NCBI GenBank assembly: GCA_964408805.1 | Contig: CAYPAV010000021.1 | Location: 66-64,065, forward strand | Reading direction: 5' to 3' | DNA: 64,000 bases | Origin: an uncultured Rhodospirillaceae bacterium | Lineage (GTDB): Bacteria; Pseudomonadota; Alphaproteobacteria; UBA8366 | Part shown: positions 1-10,048 of the stretch, piece by piece | How positions within the stretch are numbered: the first letter of the stretch is position 1 | Layout of the letters: each line of letters begins with the position of its first letter | Made by a program: the position numbers and the translations under genes | Notes under the pieces: model-generated | Told to the model about the DNA's origin: nothing | Databases searched by the model: none | The model's input: only the letters and a program-made list of their open reading frames with translations

Positions 1-1246
1 GAACCCAGTTGGCCTCGAGGGCAATATTGGATTCTTCTTTGGGGTCCTGGATCAGGTTGAAGATGTAGGGGGCCTCGAGCTTGATCGCGCCGTCATTGAC
101 CTCGGGCTCCCAGATAAAATGCATCTTCCAGTGGCGCCATTTCGCTGCCCGCAGCTCCTCCTTGATGTAGAAGACCAATCCTTCCCGGTTGGACTTCTCC
201 TGGCGGCCGCATAGGAAATCGATCTGGTCGATGCCGTCGATGGGCCGGTCGTCCGGAACTGCGACGCCGGCGAGTCCGAGCAAGGTCGGATAAAGGTCGG
301 CGATGTGGAGGATCTCGTCGGTCACGCCGCCCGGTGGAACCTGGCCCGGCCAGCGCACCATGAAGGGCACGCGGAGGCTGCCCTCCATCGCCGTATGATA
401 AGTGCTGCGCCAGAAGCCCGCCGTGCCGCGCCAGGGCCGGCGGAACTCCGGCCCGTTGTCGGAGCCGAACAGGAAGATAGTGTTCTCGGCGATGCCGAGC
501 TCGTCCACCGCATCCGCCAGAAGGCCCACATTATGGTCCATTTCGGCCAGTGAATCGGCCATCTCGCCATGACCCGTCCGGCCGATGAAATCAGGATGGG
601 CGAGGCTCGGAAAATGCAACTGGGTGATCGGCAGATAGGCGAAGAAGGGGTGGGATGCAGCCGATTCCCGCCGCATGAAGTCGATCGCGAGCTCGACCAC
701 CTCACGGTCGATCAGGCGGCGCGAGTCGTGATCGAGAACCTTGACCTTTTCCGAGGGCGCGCCCCGTTCGCCTTTCCAGATATAGGGAATATCGACGAGG
801 TCCGGCTCGAAGTTATGGCTGGTCGTGAACATCGCTTCGTTCATGGTGCGGGGGATGCCGTACCAATCGTCGAAGCCGCGGTCCGTCGGCAGCCGCCCCT
901 CGATGTCGCCGAGATGCCATTTGCCAAAATGCGCGGTGGCGTACCCCGCCTCAGACAACAGCTCCGGCAACAGCGCCTCCCAGCGCGTCAGGCCCTGGGG
1001 CAGTCCAGCCGGAACCGATTGAAAAGCGCCGGTGCGGATCGCCTGGCGGCCGGTCATCAGGGCCGCCCGGGTCGGGACGCAATCACTCTCCACATTGAAA
1101 TTGAGGAAGCGGAGACCCTCCGCCGCCAGGGCATCGATCCGGGGTGTCGGGGCGCCGCGCAGCACGCCGCCGCCATAACAGCCGAGCTCGCCCCAGCCGA
1201 GATTGTCGGCGAGGATGAGAACGATATTGGGGCGCTTCTCGGTCAT
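1..1246 (-). CDS. Arylsulfatase (type I sulfatase family); 3' end runs off the window
   Basis: The ORF is open to the window edge, so it is absent from the ORF track. Reverse-strand translation from ATG 1246-1244 reads MTEKRPNIVLILADNLGWGELGCYGGG... and contains the formylglycine motif SDCVPTRAALMTGR (C-x-P-x-R). GAGGAA lies about 7 nt upstream of the ATG. Confidence 0.85.
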   Translation of the reverse strand, partial: MTEKRPNIVLILADNLGWGELGCYGGGVLRGAPTPRIDALAAEGLRFLNFNVESDCVPTRAALMTGRQAIRTGAFQSVPAGLPQGLTRWEALLPELLSEAGYATAHFGKWHLGDIEGRLPTDRGFDDWYGIPRTMNEAMFTTSHNFEPDLVDIPYIWKGERGAPSEKVKVLDHDSRRLIDREVVELAIDFMRRESAASHPFFAYLPITQLHFPSLAHPDFIGRTGHGEMADSLAEMDHNVGLLADAVDELGIAENTIFLFGSDNGPEFRRPWRGTAGFWRSTYHTAMEGSLRVPFMVRWPGQVPPGGVTDEILHIADLYPTLLGLAGVAVPDDRPIDGIDQIDFLCGRQEKSNREGLVFYIKEELRAAKWRHWKMHFIWEPEVNDGAIKLEAPYIFNLIQDPKEESNIALEANWV

Positions 1247-1438
1247 GGGGGAGTTCCTCAATGCGGGCCTATTCGGACGTCCATGGCACAATCTGTACGA
1301 AACATCCCGGCTAATCCAGGACCGACGGCTCCCTTTTCCATACCGGACGAAGCCTGATAATTTAGAGACATTGCTTCGAGGGAGGGTTGCATCATCGAGG
1401 GCAAGGTCAAATCAGATCCGCCGTATCGTGCGGAGCAT

Positions 1439-2506
1439 GTGGGGAGTCTGCTTCGCCCGCCGGAACTCCGCGACGCCTTTCGCGCGCGCCACGAGGGGCG
1501 GATCTCGGCCGAGGCCTTCCGCGCCGTCCAGGACGCGGCCGTCGCCGACGTGGTCGCGCTACAGGAGGAAATCGGTCTTCATGTCTGTACGGACGGCGAG
1601 TTTCGCCGGGCGTCCTATTGGGGCCATTGGGTCGACGCCATCGATGGGCTGGGAACAGCACCGGCGCTGTTTGCCTTTCATGACGACGCGGGCAACGAGC
1701 AGGCTTTTATCGCGGCCGATTGCACCGGCCGGCTAAGGAAGTCGGGACCGATCTCGGCGGAAGAATTCGGCTACCTCCAGTCGGTTTCCCGGGCAACGCC
1801 GAAGGTCACCATGCCGTCGCCCTCGACGCTCCATTTCTGGCGTCTCTCGGAGACCATCGAAGGATCGGACTATGAGAACGACGCGGATTACCTCGCCGAT
1901 CTGACCGCCATCTATCGCCGGGAGATTTCCGATCTCCATGCGCTCGGATGCCGGTATGTGCAGCTCGACGAAGTGCCGCTCATCATGCTTGGCAATCCGA
2001 ACATAAGGGGCCGGGTGCGGGAACATGGCGACGATCCGGATCGGCTGACCGATCTCTACATCGAGGCCCTGAACGAGGCGGTGGGCGGTCGCCCGGACGA
2101 TATGACCGTGGGCATGCATATGTGCCGCGGCAACTTCAAGGGAAAATGGCTTACCGAGGGCGGCTACGACGACATGGCCGAGCAGGTGTTCGGCCGGGTC
2201 GACGTCGACGCCTTTTTTCTGGAATACGATACCGCGCGGGCCGGGGGGTTCGAACCGCTTCGTTTCGTCCCCGAGGGCAAGACGGTCGTGCTCGGTCTCG
2301 TCAGCACGAAGACGCCGAAGCTGGAGTTGCGCGCGGAAATAAAGGCCCGGATCGAGGCGGCGGCGAAATATGTTCCCCTCGACCGCCTGGCGATCAGCCC
2401 GCAATGCGGGTTTGCCAGCACCGTTGCCGGCAATCCGGTGACGCTCGAGGATGAAATCGAAAAATTGAGGCTGCTGGTCGATGTCGCATCAGAGGTATGG
2501 GGCTGA
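1439..2506 (+). CDS. Cobalamin-independent methionine synthase (MetE C-terminal domain) family protein
   Basis: 355-aa ORF with the family-typical N-terminal block (A)EHVGSLLRP, then CTDGEFRR and C-terminal SPQCGFAS. The start is uncertain: the GTG at 1439 lies inside the conserved block (see finding). Confidence 0.8.
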   Translation: MGSLLRPPELRDAFRARHEGRISAEAFRAVQDAAVADVVALQEEIGLHVCTDGEFRRASYWGHWVDAIDGLGTAPALFAFHDDAGNEQAFIAADCTGRLRKSGPISAEEFGYLQSVSRATPKVTMPSPSTLHFWRLSETIEGSDYENDADYLADLTAIYRREISDLHALGCRYVQLDEVPLIMLGNPNIRGRVREHGDDPDRLTDLYIEALNEAVGGRPDDMTVGMHMCRGNFKGKWLTEGGYDDMAEQVFGRVDVDAFFLEYDTARAGGFEPLRFVPEGKTVVLGLVSTKTPKLELRAEIKARIEAAAKYVPLDRLAISPQCGFASTVAGNPVTLEDEIEKLRLLVDVASEVWG

Positions 2507-2512
2507 TCGGCA

Positions 2513-3328
2513 ATGACGTCGGATGAAATCGAGCGGGCCGCGATGGCGCGCTTCAAGCGCGAGCGCGAGCTTGCCATGGCGCCGGTCCGGCTGGATATCG
2601 AGCGGCGGGTTTGCGGCAGCGACTATGGCGCGACCAGTTGGACGACGGTCGATGAGGCACGGCGGGTCGCGGACCGCTTGGCGCTGGCGCCCGGAATGCG
2701 ATTGCTCGATATCGGCGCCGGCGCGGGCTGGCCCGGACTTTATCTGGCGGGGCTGACGGGTTGCGACGTGGTTCTTACAGATATTCCTTTCTTCGGCCTG
2801 CGCTCGGCGATGGAACGGGCCGGGGCCGACGGCATGGCGGGCAAGCAATGGGCCGCGGTCGCGGACGGGGCCCAACTGCCTTTCCGAACCGGCGCCTTCG
2901 ACGCGGTCAGCCATTCCGACGTGTTGTGCTGTCTTTCGTTGAAGCGGGCGGCGTTGGAATCGTCCAGGCGCGTGGTCCGCGCCGGCGGCCGGACGGTGTT
3001 CACGGTGATCTCGATCCCACCCGGATTGTCGTCGACCGACCATGCGCGCGCGCTTGCGGCCGGGCCGCCCTTTATCGACGCCGAAGAAGCCTACCCGGCC
3101 GTGATCGAGGAGACCGGTTGGGAGATCACCGACCATCTCGATCTGACCGGCGCGTTCTTGGAGTCGTCCCGCCGGATGCTGGACGAGGAGGAAACCCATG
3201 CCGACGAACTCGGCCGGCTGCATGGCGCCGAGGACTTCGCGGCGAGGCTGAACAAGCGAAGATCGCGGGTCGACATCCTGGGCGAGGGACTACTCCGACG
3301 TGAACTATTCGCCGCGACGGCGATTTGA
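2513..3328 (+). CDS. Class I SAM-dependent methyltransferase
   Basis: 271-aa ORF with motif I LLDIGAGAGWPGLYLA followed by VVLTD. It starts a few nt after the upstream stop. Confidence 0.75.
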   Translation: MTSDEIERAAMARFKRERELAMAPVRLDIERRVCGSDYGATSWTTVDEARRVADRLALAPGMRLLDIGAGAGWPGLYLAGLTGCDVVLTDIPFFGLRSAMERAGADGMAGKQWAAVADGAQLPFRTGAFDAVSHSDVLCCLSLKRAALESSRRVVRAGGRTVFTVISIPPGLSSTDHARALAAGPPFIDAEEAYPAVIEETGWEITDHLDLTGAFLESSRRMLDEEETHADELGRLHGAEDFAARLNKRRSRVDILGEGLLRRELFAATAI

Positions 3329-3432
3329 ACGCCAAAATTTAGTATTTTGCGGTACTTTAATATGTGTTGGCACGGGGATATCCTGCTCGTGAACCCGACG
3401 AAAGCCAATTCAATCTATGAAAGAAATTCTTA

Positions 3433-4107
3433 ATGGCTAGGCGGCAATTCAAGGATTTATGTGTTCTCGTCGTAGACGACGAGGAATTCATCCGTAGTCT
3501 GGTGACGCGTATTCTCACGGCGCTCGAGATCACCGACATCGAGGAAGCCTCCGACGGCGCCGAGGCGATCGAGAAAGCGCTTGCGAAAACGCCAGACGTG
3601 GTCATTTGCGACATCGAAATGGAGCCGGTGAACGGATTGGAATTCCTGAAGCGGATCCGGACGGCCGCCGCGGGTTTGCCTCGGGCGCTACCCGTCATCT
3701 ATCTGACGGGTGCGCAGGATGGGGCGATTATCGGCAACGCCTTCGCCCTGGATCCAAGCGCCTTCGTCAAGAAACCGTCCGACCTCGAAACCTTGAGAGA
3801 CAGAATCGATCGGGCGACCGGCGGCCATCAAGCCGTCCAACCACCGCACGCTTATGAGGGCGTACCGACGAGCGCCGCATCTCCCGTCCGATCCGTGGCC
3901 GCCGCCGAGGGCGACACGCGTTCGGAGGAGCCGACGCTGCGCAACCTGGAGGATGTGCGGCCGGGCGCCATCCTCGCCGACGATGTGACGACGAAGAATG
4001 GGCAATTACTGCTCGTCTCGGGGCTCGAACTCGGCGAATCGCATCTCCGCAAACTGGCTGATCTGTCGGAAATGATGGAGATCGGCGATCTCTGGGTCTG
4101 GGAGTAG
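3433..4107 (+). CDS. Response regulator: CheY-like receiver plus a ~100-aa C-terminal region of unknown function
   Basis: Receiver motifs VLVVDDEEF, VVICDIEMEPVNGLEF (acceptor Asp), IYLTG and FVKKP. I do not recognise the C-terminal part. Confidence 0.8.
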   Translation: MARRQFKDLCVLVVDDEEFIRSLVTRILTALEITDIEEASDGAEAIEKALAKTPDVVICDIEMEPVNGLEFLKRIRTAAAGLPRALPVIYLTGAQDGAIIGNAFALDPSAFVKKPSDLETLRDRIDRATGGHQAVQPPHAYEGVPTSAASPVRSVAAAEGDTRSEEPTLRNLEDVRPGAILADDVTTKNGQLLLVSGLELGESHLRKLADLSEMMEIGDLWVWE

Positions 4108-4131
4108 GCCGTCGCCGCGCCGTACCTTCGT

Positions 4132-7118
4132 TTATTCCGGGACGCCGGCGGCAACTAACAGTTGGACCACCTTCTCCCGTGCTGCCGGCGGTTTGACCAC
4201 GGTCAACAGATTCCAGTCCGCCAACCGGAAATTCGGTGTGTCTTTCATCAACTCCGCCACGATTTCGCGTGCTTTTTCGGTTTGTCCCAGGCCCTGATAG
4301 GCAACCGCGAGAGATACTTGTGCCGGCGGACCATAGGGACCTTTCCGAGCGAGGTTCAGCTCGAGCGCGTCGCGCGCCGCCTCGTAATCGCCGCCATAGG
4401 CGTTGACATGACCCAACAGGTTTAGATACGGCCCATTCACGAATTGGGGGTTGAGCTGGATCGCCCGCTCGATGCAGACGGCACCTTCCGCCAATTCGCC
4501 GGACATCCCCAGGAACATCCCGAGAAATGCGTGTGCGTCCGCGTCGCCGGGCTGACGCCGAATGGCTTCGCGGGCGGCCTCGATCCCGTCTTCCAAATTC
4601 CCTTGCAGGAGAAGCGAGAATCCGAGGCTTGTATAAGACCATCCCAATGTCGGATCGAGATCGATGGCCTTCCGCGCCATCGCCTCGGCTTTCTCGACGA
4701 CTGCCAAATCCAGGCCATGGGCGAACACGGTGCCGAAGGAGAGCATGTTGGCGACCCCGGCATAGCCGCCGGCGAAATCGGGATCCATCACGATGACCTG
4801 TTCGAACATCTCGCGGGCCGCGTTGATCCTGTCGGGAACCGGCGGATACGGCGTCGCCCTGGCGCGGACGAAGAGCTCGTAAGCGTCAAGGTTCTGGGTG
4901 TGGACCGTCCGGAGGCTCTCCTCCTCGCCGGCGGTCAATTGCACGGACAGGGCGGAGACCACCTCGGCGCCGACCTCGTCCTGCAATTCGAAGACGTCGT
5001 GGATGGTGCCGTCATAGCGATCCGCCCATAGATGCCCGCCCGTGGCGGCATCGATCAATTGGGCATTGATGCGCACCCGCTCGCCGGATTTCCGCACACT
5101 GCCTTCCAGCACGTAGCGGACGCCCAACGCGGCCGCGGCCTCGCGGATATCCACAAGCTGGCCCTTATAGACGGAGGACGAATTCCGCGCGACCACAAAC
5201 AGGCCGGAGACTTTCGAAAGATCGGTGATCAGATCCTCGGTCATACCGTCGGCGAACGCCTCCTGGTCGGGATCGCCCGAGAGATTGTCAAAGGGAAGGA
5301 CGGCGATGGAGGGCTTTTCGGCGGCGGGTTCGGTGCCGACGGGGACCGTGGTCGCGCCCTCCGGAAGACCGGCCTCGAGAAGCCCTTCCACGGCAAAATC
5401 GAAATCTGCTTGGTGCCGGAACGGATGATTGATACGGAGCGTTTCGAGGGAAAACTCGGGCGAGTACGACAGGGCCCTCTCGACCTCGCGCCGGGCTTCC
5501 CGGAGCCGGCCCGCATGGGCGAGCGCGTTGGCGTAGTCCAGGATCGAGGTTGGATGGTGGGTGCCGCGATCGCTGGCCATCTCGCCGAACGCGACCGCCT
5601 TGTCGATGTCCCGCATCATGAAATGTGCCTTCGACAGGACCGTGAGCATGCCCGGAAACCAGGGATCGTTCGGGCTGAGGCGCATCGCCAGTTCGATCGG
5701 CCGAATCGCTTCCTCGGGCCGGCCGTCGAAGATATAGGCGAGGCCCAGATACATGTGGCCGATAGCGAGGCTGGGATTGACCTCGACGGCACGCTCGATC
5801 TGCTGGACGCCCAGGTCGAACCGCCGCTTGAACATCCGTGCCCAACCGAGCGCCAAATGTCCTCGCGAGGCCCGGTCGTCGATCGCAATGGCCTTTTGTC
5901 CGGCGTCCTGCAGCTCGGCGATGGTCCGATCCGGGTCGGATGTCCAACCGCGAAAGAGCGCGCCCATATGCGACAGCGCCAGCCCGCCATAGGCCAAGGG
6001 CTGGTTCGGATCGCTCTCGATCGATTTCCCGAACCAATGGAGAGCTTGGTCGAAGTCCTCCTTTTTGAAGGTGTTGTAATGCCAGAACCCGCGATGGGCG
6101 GCCTCCCAGGCGTCGAGGTTCTCGTGCCGGACTAGAATCGCCTGCCTCTGCGCTTCACCGGAAAGGGCGGGTTCGATGGCGGCCACAATGCGCTGGGTGA
6201 TCTCGTCCTGAACGGCGAAGATGTCGTCCAGGTCGCGGTCGTATTTCTCCGCCCACATGTGATGGCCCGTGGGCGCGTCGATCAGCTGGGCCGTGATGCG
6301 GACACGGTTGCCGGCGCGGCGGACGCTGCCCTCGACCACGTATTGGGCGCCGAGTTTCTCGCCCACTTCCTTGATAACGGCCGAGGTACCCTTGAGCGCG
6401 AAGGTCGAGTTGCGGGCGATGACCGGAAACCAGCGCCAGATCGACAGCTGGGTAATGATGTCTTCGGCCAGTCCGTCGGCGAAATACTCCTGCTCCGGGT
6501 CGCCCGACATGTTGTCGAAGGGCAGGACGGCGATGGCGGAGCGGCCGCCGAAACCCTCCACCGGCACCGAGACGTCGGCGATCGCGTCGCCGATGATGAC
6601 AGGCGCTTCGCCCGCGCCCAAGCGAACCGCATAGACCCGGACAGGGGCCGAGACGTGCTTGACCTCTTTCTCTCCGAGATCTTCGTAGGTCGCCTCGATG
6701 CGATTGCGGACCGATTCGTAGACCAATCCGGAGATGCAGATTCCGCCCTCCTCGGCGAGCGCTTCCAGGCGAGCTGCGATGTTGACACCCTCGCCGTGGA
6801 TGTCGCGCCCGTCGTCGATGATGTCGCCGAGATTGACCCCCATGCGGAAGTCGAGGGCACTGTCGGCCAAATTCCCCTGGAGTGCATGGCGCAGGCGACC
6901 GCGTCCTGGACGGTCGGGAACTCGACCAGGAAGCCGTCGCCGGTGAGCTTGACGATGCGGCCGGAATGGGTCGCCACCGTGGGATCGATAACGTCGTCCC
7001 GCGCCGCCGTCCACGCGGCGACGGTGCCGTCCGTGTCCTCTTCCATGAGACGGGTATAGCCCGCCACGTCGGCGGCCAGGATGGCGGCGAGTCTCCGCTG
7101 AACCTCCTGACCGGCCAT
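4132..7118 (-). pseudogene. Adenylate/guanylate cyclase (class III) with two tandem TolB-N-like + TPR modules; reading frame broken near 6881-6892
   Basis: From ATG 7118, the N-terminal cyclase half MAGQEVQRRLAAILAADVAGYTRLMEE...GDGFLVEFPTVQDAVACAM lies in the frame of ORF 6282..7295. It continues as LQGNLADSALDFRMGVNLGDIIDDGRDIHGEGVNIAARLE in the 1008-aa ORF 4132..7158. The paralogue at 14139..15905 is collinear and unbroken across this point. Confidence 0.75.
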
Positions 7119-7197
7119 GATTCCTCGCGATTTTTGGTGTGTACCCCTCGAGTCCCATTCTAATGAACGGGGAAGGGCTGGCAATTGAATCCAGGTT

Positions 7198-7977
7198 TCA
7201 CTCGTGGATTTTCCGCAACCGGGCGACATCGTCCGGCGGCGGTGCGGCGAACAGGCCTTGGGTACTGCGCTCGATGCCCAGCCGATCGAGATCAACCATC
7301 ATTTCCGCCGTTTTCACGACGGCGGCGCAGCCATCCAGCACCGGCACGCCGTCGACCTCGCGAAGGTCGTGCTCGAGCAGGAACATGTTCACCGGATTGC
7401 CGGCGACCAGCAGCATCGTCGCCCCGCGCTCTATCACCGGGCGGGCGGCGGCGCGGAAGGCCTCCAGATAAGGCTCGGGATCGTCATACATCCGCGGGAA
7501 GTCGTCATAGGTCAGGTCGAGCGAATGGCCCCGGATCATGCGCCTGGCCAATCCGTAGCGCTTCGCCAGCAAGGCCATGTGTTCCAGAAGGGCGCGGTTA
7601 TGGGTGACGAAGCCGAAACTCGGCGCCAATTGGCAGGCCAGCAGCATGGAACTCTCGGAAATGAACACGACCGGGAGATCGATCACTTCGCGAAGCTCGT
7701 AATAGCCGTGATCGAAGGTGTTGAGGACGGCGACTGCATCGAAGCCCTGTTCCTCCGCCCGCACGGCACTCTTGATCATCAGCGAGACCACCTTCTGGAA
7801 GGCCGTGTGGTAGCGGTCCTTGCCGAACGGCGTGCCGTCGATCCCGAAACTCGCCAGCTCCGTGCCGGGCCGCGCGACCTTGGCGAAATGGCGCTCCAGG
7901 GCCTCTTCGTACATCCGCCCATAGGGCGTGGCGGCATCGCCCGCCAAGGCACTACCGCTTTGCAGCCAGATCTTCAC
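7198..7977 (-). CDS. Asp/Glu/hydantoin racemase-fold protein
   Basis: It aligns by eye with hydantoin racemases: GFDAVAVLNTFDHGYYELREVIDLPVV and GVPVLDGCAAVVKTAEMM match the ...ACFDDPG... and GVPVIDGVTAAVKMAE blocks. I place the start at GTG 7977, which overlaps the upstream stop (GTGA), rather than at the long ORF start 8100. Confidence 0.7.
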   Translation of the reverse strand: MKIWLQSGSALAGDAATPYGRMYEEALERHFAKVARPGTELASFGIDGTPFGKDRYHTAFQKVVSLMIKSAVRAEEQGFDAVAVLNTFDHGYYELREVIDLPVVFISESSMLLACQLAPSFGFVTHNRALLEHMALLAKRYGLARRMIRGHSLDLTYDDFPRMYDDPEPYLEAFRAAARPVIERGATMLLVAGNPVNMFLLEHDLREVDGVPVLDGCAAVVKTAEMMVDLDRLGIERSTQGLFAAPPPDDVARLRKIHE

Positions 7978-8543
7978 GCGCCCGTCTCCCCGGCCGCCGA
8001 CGGCACGACTTGGTCCGTGAGATGCCCATAGACGCAGAGCCCGTCCAGCGCGGCCAGGTCTCGGTCCTCGGCACTCTTGGCATCGACCAGGGCGATCCAT
8101 CGGTGTTCCGGGTCGCCGTCGAAGGCGGTCAGTCCGGCTTGCCGGGGGCCCGTGGCGTTGACCAACGGCAGAAACAGGATATCGGCGAGAGCGAACTCCC
8201 GGGGGTCCCGTTCGGTCACCAGGAAGGTGCCCGCCTCCGTCACCGCGGGCACGCGCTCCAGCCCGTTAAAGATGTTCCGTCGCCGCTGCATGACGTCCTT
8301 CCAGCGGAGGCTGCCCCGCCCGCCGCCGCCGAGCGCGTGATAAGGCTCGCTGTCGAAGACGTCGAGCGACCGCACCGAGTAGATCGCGAGATAGCCGGGG
8401 GCATTCGCGGACAAGGCGCGGAGGCGCTGCGCCGTCTCGAACTTGGGCAGGGTGAGGAGCTTTTGCATATAGGCCGCGTAATAGGCGTGCCACTCTTCTT
8501 TATCCTCGGGTTTGTCGAAATCGATCTCCACCATGTAGATCAA
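7974..8543 (-). CDS. Hypothetical protein (189 aa), translationally coupled to the racemase-fold gene
   Basis: ORF with protein-like composition (MIYMVEIDFDKPEDKEEWHAYYAAYMQKLL...). Its stop overlaps the next gene's start. No family recognised with confidence. Confidence 0.6.
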   Translation of the reverse strand: MIYMVEIDFDKPEDKEEWHAYYAAYMQKLLTLPKFETAQRLRALSANAPGYLAIYSVRSLDVFDSEPYHALGGGGRGSLRWKDVMQRRRNIFNGLERVPAVTEAGTFLVTERDPREFALADILFLPLVNATGPRQAGLTAFDGDPEHRWIALVDAKSAEDRDLAALDGLCVYGHLTDQVVPSAAGETGA

Positions 8544-8671
8544 GTCGGGCCTCCCTTGGCGCCGGGCCGAATATTTGGGTTGCTCTTCAACCTCCGCCGG
8601 TGGCAGAGATGATAACGCACGACCGCCGGGGGGGAAGCGCGTTCGAATGGGTTCGAAGGGGATGGCTTCCC

Positions 8672-9040
8672 ATGGCCCGAATTCTCGTGATCGACGATGA
8701 CGATCTGATCCGTCTGGCGCTCCGAACGTTTCTCAAGGGCGCCGGCCACGACGTGATGGAAGCCGCCGAGGGCGCGGAAGGCATCGAACTGCATACGGCG
8801 GCACCCTTCGACCTGGTCATCTCCGATCTTTTCATGCCGGGGAAGGAGGGCATCGAGACGATCGTCGAACTGCGGCGGGATTATCCCGATCTGAAGATCA
8901 TCGCGATCTCCAGCGGCGGCCGGGCCGCCGCCACGGGGCTTCTGGACGTCGCGAAGGGGCTGGGCGCCGATCGAACGGTCCGGAAACCGTTTTCGGCTGA
9001 GGACATCCTGGCCGAAGTCGACGCGCTGCTTGCCCCTTAG
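8672..9040 (+). CDS. Single-domain CheY-like response regulator
   Basis: MARILVIDDDDLIR..., FDLVISDLFMPGKEG, IIAISSG, VRKPF. I chose ATG 8672 over the ORF-track start at 8600 because the receiver domain begins there. Confidence 0.8.
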   Translation: MARILVIDDDDLIRLALRTFLKGAGHDVMEAAEGAEGIELHTAAPFDLVISDLFMPGKEGIETIVELRRDYPDLKIIAISSGGRAAATGLLDVAKGLGADRTVRKPFSAEDILAEVDALLAP

Positions 9041-9765
9041 GCGGGCGGGGCCACGCTGAGGCGGCCGACCACGCCGTGGCGCTCGATCAGGCTGGCGACG
9101 AAACCGTTCGCCTTCGACTCCTCCACGAACTCGCTGATGAAGGCGGCCCCCGCCGGCCGGTCCGGCTTGGTGCCGATCGCCTGCTGGACGGCGGAGAACT
9201 GACCGTCGAGGATCCGCGCGCCCGGCAGCTTCTCGACATCGGAGATCAGCCGCGGCCGGAGACCCGCCAGGGCGTCCATCTTCTCGGCGACGAACAGATC
9301 GAAAGAGGCATTCAGGCCCTCCGCGCGCACCAGCTCCGCATGCTTGATGTTCCGCTCGAGCCAAAGGTCGTAGGCGCTCCGGGCCGAAACGGCGATCCGG
9401 TTGCCTTCGCGGTCGACCTCGTCGATCGACTGGATGGGGGAGCCCGCCGGCACCAGATAGGTCGATTCGATCTCCACATAGGCGGCCGAAAACGCGATCG
9501 TCTTGGCCCGCGCCGGCTCCGCGCCGATCAGGCCGATATCCCAGGCATCGTCGACCGAGGTATCCGCGATCTCGCCCGGCGTCGCATAGGGCTTGTAGGC
9601 CACCTCGACCCCCAGCCGCTTGGCGATTTCGGCCGCCATGCTGGGCGAGACCCCCTCGGGATCGCCGGACGGGCTCTCCCCCGTGACGAGCAGGAAATTC
9701 CCCATATTGATGGCGGCGCGCAAGACACCGGTGGGGGCGAGTTCGGATCGAAGGGCATCGGACAT
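9037..9765 (-). CDS. Family-3 (amino-acid type) solute-binding-domain protein without an obvious signal peptide
   Basis: 242-aa ORF of PBP2-like architecture (VLRAAINMGNFLLV..., IAFSAAYVEIESTYLV..., AVQQAIGTKP). The N-terminus is not hydrophobic. Confidence 0.65.
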   Translation of the reverse strand: MSDALRSELAPTGVLRAAINMGNFLLVTGESPSGDPEGVSPSMAAEIAKRLGVEVAYKPYATPGEIADTSVDDAWDIGLIGAEPARAKTIAFSAAYVEIESTYLVPAGSPIQSIDEVDREGNRIAVSARSAYDLWLERNIKHAELVRAEGLNASFDLFVAEKMDALAGLRPRLISDVEKLPGARILDGQFSAVQQAIGTKPDRPAGAAFISEFVEESKANGFVASLIERHGVVGRLSVAPPA

Positions 9766-10048
9766 GTCGGGACCAGTTCCGGGTGTGATGAGGGGCGCGC
9801 ATTCTATGCGGGGCGTGAACGGCGAGCAAGATGGGGGCGGGAGTCCGGAAGTGACGGACGCGATTGTTCAAGGAACACCTGATAAGAGGTAAAAAATGTT
9901 GAAAAATTTAGTAAAAAGGGAAATTTTGTTGGCAAGCTGGGACGGCGTGTCGTTAGAGTAATACGCGTAAGTATTATGTAAGGTGCGGCGGAGTGAGCGG
10001 ACCGCGCCCACCGGCCCCGGCGAGGGGGCCGGACGGGGAGGGCAGGAA

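Noticed and set aside
1247-1438. Possible riboswitch (SAM-II or cobalamin) in the leader of the MetE-like gene
   Set aside because: I could not recognise a B12 box or a convincing SAM-II pseudoknot by eye. A covariance-model search (Rfam/Infernal) would be needed, so no claim is made.
3368-3387. Possible sigma-54 promoter (TGGCAC ... CTGCT) upstream of the response-regulator gene
   Set aside because: The GG-to-GC spacing is about 14 nt rather than the canonical 10, and the -12 element does not match TTGCW.
6870-6900. Programmed ribosomal frameshift in the cyclase gene
   Set aside because: I saw no slippery heptamer or obvious downstream stimulatory structure. A mutation or assembly error is the simpler explanation.
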